This document shows positions 19,052-32,128 of a DNA stretch of 62,053 nt, one piece after another. Position 1 is the first letter of the stretch. Each line of letters starts with the position of its first letter. A program made the translations under genes and the position numbers. Origin of the DNA: an uncultured Bacillota bacterium (lineage in GTDB: Bacteria > Bacillota_I > Bacilli_A > RF39 > UBA660); the NCBI GenBank assembly GCA_946630315.1, contig CAMOYT010000003.1, forward strand, positions 1-62,053. Reading direction: 5' to 3'. The notes beneath the pieces are model-generated. The model had not been told where the DNA came from, did no database searches, and saw only the letters and a list, made by a program, of their open reading frames with translations.

Positions 19052-19185
19052 CGTTTGTGGGGTTACTAGTTGGCAATTACCTTTAACTTTTAAAAACTTT
19101 TTCAAATAATGAATCCTTATACCAAACTTTATCCAACTAAATCCTAATAAACAATAAAAACAGAAGTTTACTTCTGCTTTTTTTT
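19052..19185 (+). ncRNA. candidate ~134-nt small RNA (promoter-to-terminator unit without an ORF)
   Basis: Bounded by the consensus promoter at 19017-19045 and the hairpin/T8 terminator at 19161-19185. The only ATG gives a 12-codon ORF without an SD. The 3' end overlaps the last 18 nt of the minus-strand lipoprotein gene. I recognise no known RNA family. Confidence 0.3.
19156..19185. terminator. bidirectional intrinsic terminator (end of the giant-protein/ATPase operon)
   Basis: A5, CAGAAG-TTTA-CTTCTG hairpin (19161-19176), then C and T8. On the minus strand the A-run supplies the T-tract directly after the lipoprotein gene stop (19168). Confidence 0.7.
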
Positions 19186-19989
19186 GTTTCTAAATATAAA
19201 AGTAAATAAAATAACTAATAAAACAACTGCTAATATTACAATTATATAACTACCATAATTTGTTTCTTTAAAAGAAAAATTAATATCATTAATACCATTA
19301 TTCTTTAAATTCCAAATTAATTCATTACCTTTTACTTTTGATGCATCACTATCTATTAAATGATTAACTTTTACTCTAAAATGAAGATCATTCATAGCAT
19401 TATACTTCTTCGATAATTCTTCACTAGATAAAGGATTACTACTAAGTGCATTCTCAATTTCAATAGAAGAAGCACTATGACAATCTCCTCTTTCTAAAGT
19501 ATCATTCTCACCTACATTAATAACACTACCATCTTCACATAAAAACTGCATAGTATCAGAAGAATTAATATCAGAATTAATATTTAAATCAGTAGTATCA
19601 AACTTAAATTTAGCAACATAAGTATTAGAAAAAAATCCCCTCTTTACTTGAAAGATTTCTTCTGGCTTTTTATCTTTTAAACTAGTAATAGAAAATATAA
19701 CCTCATCACTAGAACTAACTTTATCAATATTATTTATTTTATAATCGATTGAAACACCATGATATTTATCATCATTATAATCCTTAATTTTATATCCAAA
19801 ATCTTTCATATCATTAATCTGATCATCAGTAAAAACATGATATTCATCAAGTTCATTAATAACACCATAATCAATATGAATATTCATATTCTTAAATGAA
19901 TTAATTGATACTGTTCCATCAAATTTAACACAGCCAGAACATAATAAGCTAATTATTCCAATAATGATAATCTTATGATAATTTTTCAC
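19168..19989 (-). CDS. lipoprotein with additional C-terminal TM anchor, unknown function (last gene of ATPase operon)
   Basis: MKNYHKIIIIGIISLLCSGC lipobox. C-terminal YIIVILAVVLLVILFTFIF followed by RNKKKQK. AGGTGA SD. Starts 4 nt after the preceding gene. Confidence 0.75.
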   Translation of the reverse strand: MKNYHKIIIIGIISLLCSGCVKFDGTVSINSFKNMNIHIDYGVINELDEYHVFTDDQINDMKDFGYKIKDYNDDKYHGVSIDYKINNIDKVSSSDEVIFSITSLKDKKPEEIFQVKRGFFSNTYVAKFKFDTTDLNINSDINSSDTMQFLCEDGSVINVGENDTLERGDCHSASSIEIENALSSNPLSSEELSKKYNAMNDLHFRVKVNHLIDSDASKVKGNELIWNLKNNGINDINFSFKETNYGSYIIVILAVVLLVILFTFIFRNKKKQK

Positions 19990-19993
19990 ATAA

Positions 19994-20507
19994 TCACCTA
20001 CTCTTGTTCTTTACATATTTATTTGAAGAAATAATTGAGAAAAATCTTCTAAAAAATATATAAGTAGCATATAAGAAAATAAATAAACACAATAATATAT
20101 ATAACAATACTACATACCAATAATTACCTACTTCAATTAAATAGTTATAAAAAATACTTTTAGAATATAATAACACATAAATAACACCTATATTAAATAT
20201 ATCTATAAAAAACTTAATAAAATAAATATTAATAAGATTAAACAACAACATAGGTATAATCATTAATAAAATATTAAAATAAGAGAATTCATTTATAAAA
20301 ATAGAAACTACTATTAAATAATAATATAGAAATAAAAAAGATAGAGATAATATATCCTTATTATTTAATCCCATAAAGAATCCATAAAAAGACACTTTTT
20401 TATCATCAATAGTTTTTTTACCTATCCAAAAGAAAATTAATAATAAAACTATAAATATAGGAAAACAATAAACATAAGGTAATAAACTTTTTACATCAAA
20501 GAAATAA

Positions 20508-20518
<11 letters not shown>
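19994..20518 (-). CDS. polytopic (~5 TM) membrane protein, unknown function, translationally coupled to the epsilon-like gene
   Basis: Start set at the ATG (MITDYFF) 6 nt after GGAG, overlapping the epsilon-like stop by 11 nt. Extremely Phe/Ile/Leu/Tyr-rich. No membrane-embedded Arg of the AtpB type is evident. Confidence 0.7.
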
Positions 20519-22902
<2,384 letters not shown>

Positions 22903-22920
22903 TAAATCACCTATATTTAA

Positions 22921-24414
22921 CTACAATATTTCACTAGTATCAGTAGCTGATTGATCAGGTACTTGATTATTGTCTATAGGAGTAGTCACAACCTTTTGAT
23001 CTTCTGAAGCTGCTTTCTGCCTATATTGCTCAATTAATGTAGAAAATTTAGCTATTATTTGCTCATGAGTTAATGGAGAATACTTATATTGTTGTAAAGC
23101 ATTAAGTATTTCCCTACCTTCAAACAACTTAGTTCGAAGTTCTGCACTCATATCATCCTCGTTAGCAAGCTCATAAACATCCCTTGTCTCCAAATAAGAA
23201 AGTAGAGTTTGTCTTATACCTGCACCAAGTACCCTAATTTCTGGTGTTTGTACAGAACCACCTAAACGTGATACTGATAATCCATAATTAATAGCAGGCT
23301 TCTCACCTTTAACAAACGCATCATGTGATAATACTATTTGACCATCAGTAATAGAAATAATATTTGTAGAAATATAGTCTGTAATATCTCCACTCTTTGT
23401 CTCCATCACAGGAAGAATAGTTATACTTCCACCATCTTTATGTTGACATCCACGTTCAAGTAATCTTGAATGAAAATAAAATATATCAGCTGGATAAGCA
23501 TCTCTACCAGGTGCCTTACCAGACATCAAACTTATTTGACGATAAGCATCTGCATGCTTCTTTAAATCATCTAATACAACTAAAACATCATATCTTTGTT
23601 TCATATATAAATTAGCAACTCCTAAAGCATAATAAGGAGTAAGTGTAAGTGCAGATGGTAAATCATCATAAAATGCTGCTACTATAATTGTATAGTTAAT
23701 AGCATTCTTCTTAATTAAATCATAATAAATCTCTTTAACTTCCCTCTTAGTCTTACCTATAGCAACATAAATACATACCATGTTTTTATTAACTTGATTT
23801 GCAATAGTATCTAAACATATTTGTGTTTTTCCTGTTTTCTTATCACCAATAATTAATTGTCTTTGACCTTTCCCAATAGGATAAATCAAATCAATTCCAG
23901 CAATACCTGTTTCTAGTGGTCTATTAACACTAGTTCTATCCATTATAGGTACATTTTCTTGCTCTATTGGAACTTTAATAGTATTAGAAAACTTCTCATT
24001 TGTTAATCTATCATTACCGAACATATCTATTACACGACCAAAAGACTCGTAAGAAAACTCTCCTTCGAGCAAATCATTAGTCTGATAAACACTATCACCT
24101 ATTTTGATGTTATCTGTCTTTTTTAAAACAGCAATACTAACTCTATTAGGTTTCAAAGCTACAACATAACCAATACCTTTATTATCAATATTAACTACTT
24201 CATTAAAACTAACAGATTCTAATCCAACAACTTCAATTATATAGTCCTTAATAGAGACTACTTTACCAACACCATAAATATTATTCATTTTCTTAATATT
24301 ATTTACTTTATCTTCAACGACTCTAGTAACATATTGTTCATTAGCACTTAAATCATCGTTGTTAACACTAATAGCTGTCGGACTTTTCTTTTCTTGTTGA
24401 ATCTTCTCATCCAT
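22921..24414 (-). CDS. atpA: F1-ATPase alpha subunit homologue
   Basis: RQLIIGDKKTGKTQICLDTIANQ (Walker A), CIYVAIGKT, VLVVLDDLKKHADAYRQISL, PGRDAYPADIFYFHSRLLERG, GSITILPVMETKSGDITDYISTNIISITDGQIVL, and an Arg-finger box GLSVSRLGGSVQ. AAAGGGG SD. Confidence 0.9.
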   Translation of the reverse strand: MDEKIQQEKKSPTAISVNNDDLSANEQYVTRVVEDKVNNIKKMNNIYGVGKVVSIKDYIIEVVGLESVSFNEVVNIDNKGIGYVVALKPNRVSIAVLKKTDNIKIGDSVYQTNDLLEGEFSYESFGRVIDMFGNDRLTNEKFSNTIKVPIEQENVPIMDRTSVNRPLETGIAGIDLIYPIGKGQRQLIIGDKKTGKTQICLDTIANQVNKNMVCIYVAIGKTKREVKEIYYDLIKKNAINYTIIVAAFYDDLPSALTLTPYYALGVANLYMKQRYDVLVVLDDLKKHADAYRQISLMSGKAPGRDAYPADIFYFHSRLLERGCQHKDGGSITILPVMETKSGDITDYISTNIISITDGQIVLSHDAFVKGEKPAINYGLSVSRLGGSVQTPEIRVLGAGIRQTLLSYLETRDVYELANEDDMSAELRTKLFEGREILNALQQYKYSPLTHEQIIAKFSTLIEQYRQKAASEDQKVVTTPIDNNQVPDQSATDTSEIL

Positions 24415-24439
24415 AATAAAAACCCCTTTCTATTACAAA

Positions 24440-25174
24440 TCAACTTAAACTATAATCATATAAAACATTTAAATAAACAATTTTTAAACCTTTAAATATA
24501 TCTTTAGAATAAATAGTCTTTATCCTAGAATCAATTTTATCATAATTCTTTTTCTTGTTACCAACATATATATATATAGTTGGATCACATTTACCAATTT
24601 CATAATCTAAGAAATTACAAAAATCTTCTATATCAAAAGACTCTTTTCCAGAATAAAATTCCATAAAAACATCTTCATTAATCAATCTTAAATCATTTAA
24701 CATCTTTTTCAATAAATCTTCATCATCATTAACAATGATATTATAAATACCAATACTATCTATATATTTTTTCATTTCTTTAAGGCTATTATATCTTTCA
24801 CTATCTAAGTCATTAGAAACATAATATTCAATAAAATATTTTATTAACTTAATATCATTAAATGAAAACTTTTCATCAATAATCTTCATCATTTTAAATA
24901 AGTCTTTAATTTCATAATTAACTTTTTTATCTAGATATATTACAGGAAGTTCATTACTGCCATTACTTTCATTTGAATCATTATTCTTTTCTTGTTTTGT
25001 ATCCCCTATATTTTCTTCTTTTCGATTTATACTATCAGTATACTCTTGTGCTTTATGTATAAAGTAAACTTTACTCTTCTTATTAATATCACTTACTTCT
25101 TTCTTCAAAAGAAAGAATAAGATGACAATCATTAAAGCTAAAGCTACTAATACAATTACTAATGTAAAATCCAT
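24440..25174 (-). CDS. peripheral-stalk candidate: b-like N-terminal TM fused to a delta/OSCP-like C-terminus (tentative)
   Basis: Sits in the atpF-atpH slot. Single N-terminal TM (LVIVLVALALMIVILFFLL), a charged helical region, and a C-terminal IYSKDIFKGLKIVYLNVLYDYSL faintly like the delta C-terminus (xLIGGxxVxxGDxVxDxS). The homology call is weak. Confidence 0.45.
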   Translation of the reverse strand: MDFTLVIVLVALALMIVILFFLLKKEVSDINKKSKVYFIHKAQEYTDSINRKEENIGDTKQEKNNDSNESNGSNELPVIYLDKKVNYEIKDLFKMMKIIDEKFSFNDIKLIKYFIEYYVSNDLDSERYNSLKEMKKYIDSIGIYNIIVNDDEDLLKKMLNDLRLINEDVFMEFYSGKESFDIEDFCNFLDYEIGKCDPTIYIYVGNKKKNYDKIDSRIKTIYSKDIFKGLKIVYLNVLYDYSLS

Positions 25175-25175
25175 A

Positions 25176-25433
<258 letters not shown>

Positions 25434-25436
25434 TTA

Positions 25437-26864
25437 TTAACTAACAAATCTAAAACTGCAATCCAATGATACACTATTACCATTATATACCAAATTTTCT
25501 AATTTTAAAGTATTAACACTTCCAAGTCTACTATATGATAATGTACCATTATAACCACTATTTGATGAAGCAGTATTCATATTAACATCTTGTGATGAAG
25601 AAGAAGCTCCATCAGTATATAAATGAATTATTCCAGAATCAAACTTATATTCTGAACTAATCTTTACATTATAATCTAGCTTATTATTAGATACTCTTAA
25701 TACTGATACTTTACAAGAAGGTGCCTTAGTCTTAACATTAACAACATCATCAATCACTTCATCATTTGAACCAACTAATTTATATCCAAAAGACAAAGTA
25801 TAATTATGATCAATTAATAAATTTCTTAATACATAATTAGTCTCATTCTTATTTAAATAGTATCTACTAGTATTACCCTTATTATCATCTAAAACAACAA
25901 ATATATTTTGATACTCATTATTAGAATCAACAACAGTATAATTAATAGTAATAGTAGTTATAGAAGATGATACACTTTTTAAAGCCAAATACTTACTAAA
26001 ATCATAATATATTTCACCTTTTTTAACACTAGTATCAGCTTTATCATTAACATCAGTAACAGACTTAGTTAAATTATTAACACTATATATAACATCTTTA
26101 ACATATTCATCATAATATCCTTCACTACTAGTCTCATCTTGTGGAGAACCACTTAGCGAAGTAATATTAGTTTTATTATCACTACTAGTAGCTTTATAAT
26201 TGTTAGTACTACCAATAATATTTTTTAAATTAATTTCCTTTTTACCATAAATTAGTTTCTCATTAGCAATATCAAAACTCATAGTAGTTCCCTTTAAAAC
26301 AAGAGGCTTAATAGTTTTAACATTAACTTCATTATTAGCAAAAGTAGCATTACCTTGCTTATCTAACTCTATTATTAAATAACCACTTGTTTTAACAGAA
26401 CCATCATTTGTTTTCATACTACTATCAACCATTAAATATTTACGATCTCTTAATTTGTAGAACTTTGTAGGAGAAGCTTTGACTATTTCAGTCATACCAC
26501 TAAGAGTAACAACTTCTCCATTGTTCTTAACTTGATATGCATTACCAAATAAATAGACTTTATAATCATTTTTACTATAAACCACAGGATTAGAACCAAT
26601 CTTTTCCTTAACCATTCTATTATTTTCTTTTTGATACCAATAATAATTACCATCAAATCTTTGTGCCAAATATGAATCATGTTCAACTTTTAAATAATTA
26701 TAATCATCATTATAGAAAGAACTACCCTCTTTAATAGGATATTTATTATCATCCAAACTATTAAATTTTAATATAAAGAATATAAATAATCCAACAATTA
26801 CAATAACTATTAAAGCAAACAATATAAATACTTTTGCATTATTAACATGAAATTTATTCTTCAT
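25437..26864 (-). CDS. single-pass membrane ectoprotein (475 aa) occupying the position of the a-subunit gene
   Basis: One N-terminal TM (VFILFALIVIVIVGLFIFFIL), then a beta-rich Asn/Ser/Tyr-rich ectodomain. GGGAGA SD. Ends 15 nt upstream of the c-like gene. No resemblance to AtpB. Confidence 0.75.
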   Translation of the reverse strand: MKNKFHVNNAKVFILFALIVIVIVGLFIFFILKFNSLDDNKYPIKEGSSFYNDDYNYLKVEHDSYLAQRFDGNYYWYQKENNRMVKEKIGSNPVVYSKNDYKVYLFGNAYQVKNNGEVVTLSGMTEIVKASPTKFYKLRDRKYLMVDSSMKTNDGSVKTSGYLIIELDKQGNATFANNEVNVKTIKPLVLKGTTMSFDIANEKLIYGKKEINLKNIIGSTNNYKATSSDNKTNITSLSGSPQDETSSEGYYDEYVKDVIYSVNNLTKSVTDVNDKADTSVKKGEIYYDFSKYLALKSVSSSITTITINYTVVDSNNEYQNIFVVLDDNKGNTSRYYLNKNETNYVLRNLLIDHNYTLSFGYKLVGSNDEVIDDVVNVKTKAPSCKVSVLRVSNNKLDYNVKISSEYKFDSGIIHLYTDGASSSSQDVNMNTASSNSGYNGTLSYSRLGSVNTLKLENLVYNGNSVSLDCSFRFVS

Positions 26865-26882
26865 ATATAAATTATCTCCCTT

Positions 26883-29800
26883 CTATAAAAGTCTATATTC
26901 AATTGTATCTTCAGCAAGTATTTTTCCATTATTATCTAAAAATTGAATTGAAATATAATATACACCATCAATAGATATAATATCTGGTAACTGGAACTCA
27001 TAATAAGTCGTTGGTGTAGTAATTAATTTAGGTGTAAATGCTACTTGATTATCTGTTGAGAAATCACTTGCATTATAAATAGAATAACGAATTTTCTTTA
27101 CATCAGTTAAATTAGTACTGTCAAAGAATCTTAAATTAATTCTTGTATTATCAGAAATATCCGTATCAGCATAAACTGTACCAAGATCAACGCCGCTAGT
27201 CATTATAACTTTAGAAGTATGTGTATACACCTGACTAGTAATACTATTAACATCATTACTATAATCAGCATTATATAAAATATTTATAGAATATATTGAT
27301 CCAGTTTTTATATTAGGTAATACAAATTCTTGATTAAAATTCCCAATCGAAAAAACAGTATCTTGATAAGCAGTTGGTGTAACATCAATATCATCTTCAA
27401 GAATTTGAACTCTAAATTGACCATCAACAATAGATTTATGATAATCTCTTACATTTACTATGTATCTTAAATCACCATTACGAATTTTAGATGAAATATA
27501 GAAATAAGGTTTATATAAAGTATTAAATGTATATTGGGTAGAAGTACTTTCTAATTCCAAATCAACTGACTTTCCATCAACTGTAGTAGTCAAAATAGGT
27601 TGAACTTCAATCAAATAAGTAGAACCAGTAACAAATCCAGAATCATTAGGAATAGATATATAACTAGTCATACTTTGCTTGAATATTTTATCTTTTTGAT
27701 TAGATATTTTATCAAGTAATATTTTTTCATTATCATCAATTACTTTATAAACATTATATCTAATATATGAAAAGCCAACTGTTTGAGATAAATTATATTT
27801 AACCTTTAATCTTCTATTATCATATGAAGCAGGAGAATATTTAACAGTTAAATCACTAATTCCAACACTACCTATAGTTTTGAAATAATAATTAACACCT
27901 TCACGTTGTTGATTAACATCATATAAATATTCCTTAACATATGAACCATCATTCTTCTTAACATCAGCATAAACTCTTAAATAATAATCAGTCTTTGGTA
28001 ATAAACCATTAATAGTCAACTTATTATTTAAATCATTAATATTATAAGGTATAGTCTTTTCTAATTTAACTTCAGAAGCAGACTCATCTAAAATACTATA
28101 TAATTCGACATAAATCTTATCATTTTTCAATTGATTATCAACACCAAATGTAGATAATTTAAAACTAACAGTATTAATTAAAGGTTCAATAGTTGTAAGA
28201 TTATTCTCATCTAACATACTAATACCTGGAATAATCGTATCAAAATTAAATGTATTAGTACCATTAATTTCTACAGCAGAAGCAATTAACTTCTTAGGAG
28301 AAACATAAGAATTATTAAAATTAATACCAAATGAACTACTATTTATATCATATACATTATTATAGCCAAACATTTTATCATTAATAGTTAATTTTTTATT
28401 AGCAATATCAAAATTATATTTAATAAAACTCTTATTAGCACTATCTCCTGTATTAATCTTTGAATCTTCAAAATAATAATAGTAATAAGGTTCATTATCA
28501 TTGTTTCTTATTCGTTGTAAAGCAAAATAATCTCCAGTATTTTCAAAACCATAAGTACCATTGTCATAATAAACTGTAATAGTTGGAGTAATAGTCTTAC
28601 CCATTAATTCTTCTATTTCAGAATAATTAATAGTAATATTTCCCGTTTTTGCAGATAATTTATCTATAGTAACAGTCTTAGAACCAGAAGTAAAATCAAT
28701 CTTAACAGAACTTATTTTACTAAATAAATCAATTTTATTTTGATAATCTAAGAAACTAAATATAACCCTATTCTTTTCTGGATAAATAGCCACTTTACCA
28801 AAATCAATAGTATTAACTCCTTCATAATATTGTGAACATAATTCCTCAGTCTCAGGAGTATCTCCATTTACATAATTATATTTACCAAGAATACTAAATA
28901 GACCAGATTTATTTACACTAAACTTAATAGATTTATAATCTTTAGTTAAACTTAGCAAATTATCTCCTATACTAGCACCATCCAAATAACCAGTTATATT
29001 AGAATTATATAAAGCATGATCAACATCTACATAAGTATACTTCCAAGTATAACTACTATTATCTGCTTTACTAGGATAGAAATTGATAATAGGTTCCTGT
29101 CTTTTTGGCTTAATAACTTTACTCTTTAAGACACCAGTTAAAGGATAAACATAATCATTTTTTCCATCATAATTAATATCTAAATCAATTTCATAAGAAA
29201 TATAGAAAGGTTGTCCACGTCTTAAACTATTATCACTAACCTCAGATGCTATTCCATCTCCTAAGAATAACTCACTATAATTAATCTCACCATTCTTAGG
29301 AACATCATAAGTTATAGTATCAATAACAGTACCATCTAAAGCATGAATCTTATATGTTATTTTAGTAGCATATTTAGCTTCATTATTATATGATGCTCTA
29401 AACATATAACCAACTACTGTTTTATCTTCTAAATCATCCCTATGATCCTCATTCCTATCACCATTCTTAATTGGTAATACTTCAACAGCATCTTCTGTAT
29501 TATTAGGCATATCTGGCAAAGCATTTTCAATCTTTACAGTAATTGTATTATTATTAATTGGTAAAACATTTTTAAACGTTGTATAGTCATAAGCATTAGT
29601 AACTTCAATAGTATAATACTCACTCTTGAAATCACTATTTTTCAAATCAAAGAAACCAGGAGATATTCTAAACACATTATCATAATACATATCTCTTAAC
29701 TCACTAGAATAAGGATCAATATTTTTATCAACTAACTTCTTAGACTTTACTAAAGTTCCTGAAGTATTACGACCTTTATAAATATTTACATTAAATCCCG

Positions 29801-32060
29801 TTAAAGTACTAGCCTCTAACTCAGTAGACCCAGAATTACCTCTTATTATTTGAGCATCTACAGAAAATGCTGCACTATGATCCTCTATTTGATTAAAGTC
29901 CATTTTAAATGGATTAGGATCCTCAGTCTTAATTATTACACTACCAATATAACAATTATCAATAGTTGGATTACCATCTTGTAAATCAACAGGTGCCATA
30001 ACAGAAAATGAATATGTTTCATTACTTCTTAAATTATTAATATCAAAAGGTATTCTTAAAGAACCACTTGATGTAAATGAATTAGAATTACCAACAGAAT
30101 CAGTATAAGTAATAGTTATAATAGAACCATTATTTATATCAATAGTATTTCCGTCATCAACTATTTCAATCTCTCCAGCAATTCTTTCAAAAGTAACATT
30201 ACTCTTTCTAAATTGAACAACTGGGAATATAACACCATCTAATTTCATTGGTTCACTAAATTCAGTAACATAATCATACTCTTTTTCATTATCGTTAAAT
30301 GTCATAACAACTCTAAAAACATATGGAACACCTCTAGATAGATTTTTACCATCAACTTTTACAGAAGCAGAAGCATTATTAGTTTTCTCAATTACTGTAA
30401 TCGGAGTTGCCCCAGCAGTTGTTACTGTTCTAGCATCATACACTTCATAACGGTAACTAATAATTCCACCATCGCTATCTTTCATATTGTTAATTTGCAT
30501 ATTAAATTTACTTTCTTTCTTATCGATTGCAAAAGAAAGTGAACCAATAGAAGGTTTTTTCTTCAAAGTTTCAAACTTCTTTATAATAGTAAATCCATCA
30601 GAAATTATTGAATCATTATATACAAAATCATGAACTCTAACTGAATATTCAGTATCATTAGCTAATTCTTTAAAAGCTACAATATTATTTTCATTACTTA
30701 ATGTTACATTTTGTGTTTTTAATATAGTACCATTTTTATCTTCTAATGTTACTACCACACTTGCAACATCAGAATATGAACTCTTTTTAATATTTAAATC
30801 TAGTTCATTAGTAGAAGCAAAATATTTTTCTAAAGTAACACCTATCGCATCAGTAACAAATGTTTTTTGAACAAAATCTTTATTATAAACAACATCATTT
30901 TTTCTATAATCTGAATTTAATACTAAAACATAATTAGTTTCAGGAGATAAAGCATCATTTTCAATATCAATAATACTAGATCCTGTATCATCTGTAGTTT
31001 CATAGACAATTTTATTAGTATTAGCTTCAATTATCTTAATATTAATATCTCCAGATAAAACACTATCAGAATCTACAATTTGTACTTCAGTACTTAATTT
31101 ATTAGCTGTTACATTTAAATTAATAATCTTAAATTCTGGATCTTTAATTCTAGAATTAGCTTCAATTATCTCTTCTGTACTCTCACTAGTATCAACAACT
31201 CCAGAACTCATAGATGGAAGTTCTTCTTTAGTATATTTCTTAGAATTATTTTTTGAACCATTAGAGTTTCCTTTTTCTCCATTATCAGTTTTAGGATTAG
31301 TAGAATCACCTGTGATAGACTTATTCTCTTCAGCATTTATTTGAATATTATCATCACTATTAACAGTGATTTCTCCTAAAGATAATTTTCTCTCTTTATC
31401 TTTATAAATATTTTTACCAGCAAAATCAATAATTACATTATCACCAAGTTCAATAGTAACATCATCACCAACACTTTGATATGCTACTCCTTGATTTTCA
31501 ATTCTAATAAGATTACCTTCTAAATAAGTAATTTCTAAATAAGTATTATCAAAAGTCTTCTCAACATCACCTATTTTTAATTTTAGCTTAGAGCCAACAA
31601 TCATAAATTTTTCATCAGTAATTTTAAGTAAAAAGTTACTAAAATCAAGTTTCTTATCTAAATAATTAATACGATAATTATTACCTTCTTTTACAAAAAT
31701 AGTACCAGAAAAAACATTATAATATTTATAATTTTCTTTATTTATGTCATTTAAATTAAGCACAACACTTTTTGCAAAAGTAGATATTGATCCATCACTA
31801 TAATGAATAAATGTCTCAGCAGGAATAATAGTAGTTTGATTATTCTTATTTTCAATAATTACCTCATTATCTACTTCTTTATACTTAGTTTCTTCGTCAA
31901 AAAATATTTTTTCAGTTGTAGCTTTACTATTTTTAGCAATAATATGCCCTTCAGCTTGAAATTCAGTATATTTTGAATTATAAGACATAATACCATATCC
32001 AAATAGTAGCGCTATTACCAATACAATTGGAACAATAATTAAAAAAGACTTCTTAAGCAT
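26883..32060 (-). CDS. giant (~1725 aa) N-terminally membrane-anchored surface protein made of tandem beta-sandwich (Ig/FN3-like) modules
   Basis: Start moved from 32126 to ATG 32060 (MLKKSFLIIVPIVLVIALLF), 9 nt after GGGAG. Single N-terminal TM, a Gly/Ser/Asn linker (NGEKGNSNGSKNNSKK), then more than ten ~90-110-aa beta-rich modules. No LPXTG. Confidence 0.85.
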   Translation of the reverse strand: MLKKSFLIIVPIVLVIALLFGYGIMSYNSKYTEFQAEGHIIAKNSKATTEKIFFDEETKYKEVDNEVIIENKNNQTTIIPAETFIHYSDGSISTFAKSVVLNLNDINKENYKYYNVFSGTIFVKEGNNYRINYLDKKLDFSNFLLKITDEKFMIVGSKLKLKIGDVEKTFDNTYLEITYLEGNLIRIENQGVAYQSVGDDVTIELGDNVIIDFAGKNIYKDKERKLSLGEITVNSDDNIQINAEENKSITGDSTNPKTDNGEKGNSNGSKNNSKKYTKEELPSMSSGVVDTSESTEEIIEANSRIKDPEFKIINLNVTANKLSTEVQIVDSDSVLSGDINIKIIEANTNKIVYETTDDTGSSIIDIENDALSPETNYVLVLNSDYRKNDVVYNKDFVQKTFVTDAIGVTLEKYFASTNELDLNIKKSSYSDVASVVVTLEDKNGTILKTQNVTLSNENNIVAFKELANDTEYSVRVHDFVYNDSIISDGFTIIKKFETLKKKPSIGSLSFAIDKKESKFNMQINNMKDSDGGIISYRYEVYDARTVTTAGATPITVIEKTNNASASVKVDGKNLSRGVPYVFRVVMTFNDNEKEYDYVTEFSEPMKLDGVIFPVVQFRKSNVTFERIAGEIEIVDDGNTIDINNGSIITITYTDSVGNSNSFTSSGSLRIPFDINNLRSNETYSFSVMAPVDLQDGNPTIDNCYIGSVIIKTEDPNPFKMDFNQIEDHSAAFSVDAQIIRGNSGSTELEASTLTGFNVNIYKGRNTSGTLVKSKKLVDKNIDPYSSELRDMYYDNVFRISPGFFDLKNSDFKSEYYTIEVTNAYDYTTFKNVLPINNNTITVKIENALPDMPNNTEDAVEVLPIKNGDRNEDHRDDLEDKTVVGYMFRASYNNEAKYATKITYKIHALDGTVIDTITYDVPKNGEINYSELFLGDGIASEVSDNSLRRGQPFYISYEIDLDINYDGKNDYVYPLTGVLKSKVIKPKRQEPIINFYPSKADNSSYTWKYTYVDVDHALYNSNITGYLDGASIGDNLLSLTKDYKSIKFSVNKSGLFSILGKYNYVNGDTPETEELCSQYYEGVNTIDFGKVAIYPEKNRVIFSFLDYQNKIDLFSKISSVKIDFTSGSKTVTIDKLSAKTGNITINYSEIEELMGKTITPTITVYYDNGTYGFENTGDYFALQRIRNNDNEPYYYYYFEDSKINTGDSANKSFIKYNFDIANKKLTINDKMFGYNNVYDINSSSFGINFNNSYVSPKKLIASAVEINGTNTFNFDTIIPGISMLDENNLTTIEPLINTVSFKLSTFGVDNQLKNDKIYVELYSILDESASEVKLEKTIPYNINDLNNKLTINGLLPKTDYYLRVYADVKKNDGSYVKEYLYDVNQQREGVNYYFKTIGSVGISDLTVKYSPASYDNRRLKVKYNLSQTVGFSYIRYNVYKVIDDNEKILLDKISNQKDKIFKQSMTSYISIPNDSGFVTGSTYLIEVQPILTTTVDGKSVDLELESTSTQYTFNTLYKPYFYISSKIRNGDLRYIVNVRDYHKSIVDGQFRVQILEDDIDVTPTAYQDTVFSIGNFNQEFVLPNIKTGSIYSINILYNADYSNDVNSITSQVYTHTSKVIMTSGVDLGTVYADTDISDNTRINLRFFDSTNLTDVKKIRYSIYNASDFSTDNQVAFTPKLITTPTTYYEFQLPDIISIDGVYYISIQFLDNNGKILAEDTIEYRLL

Positions 32061-32128
32061 ATCTATACACTCCCATACTATATTAATTTTACTACAAACA
32101 GAAAAAAAAGTACATAAAAAAGGCATTA

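Noticed and set aside
32061-32126. First 22 codons (MPFLCTFFSVCSKINIVWECID) of the 1747-aa ORF
   Set aside because: The internal ATG at 32060 has a GGGAG SD at ideal spacing and begins directly with the Lys-rich n-region and TM helix. The upstream extension has no SD and nearly abuts the upstream stop.
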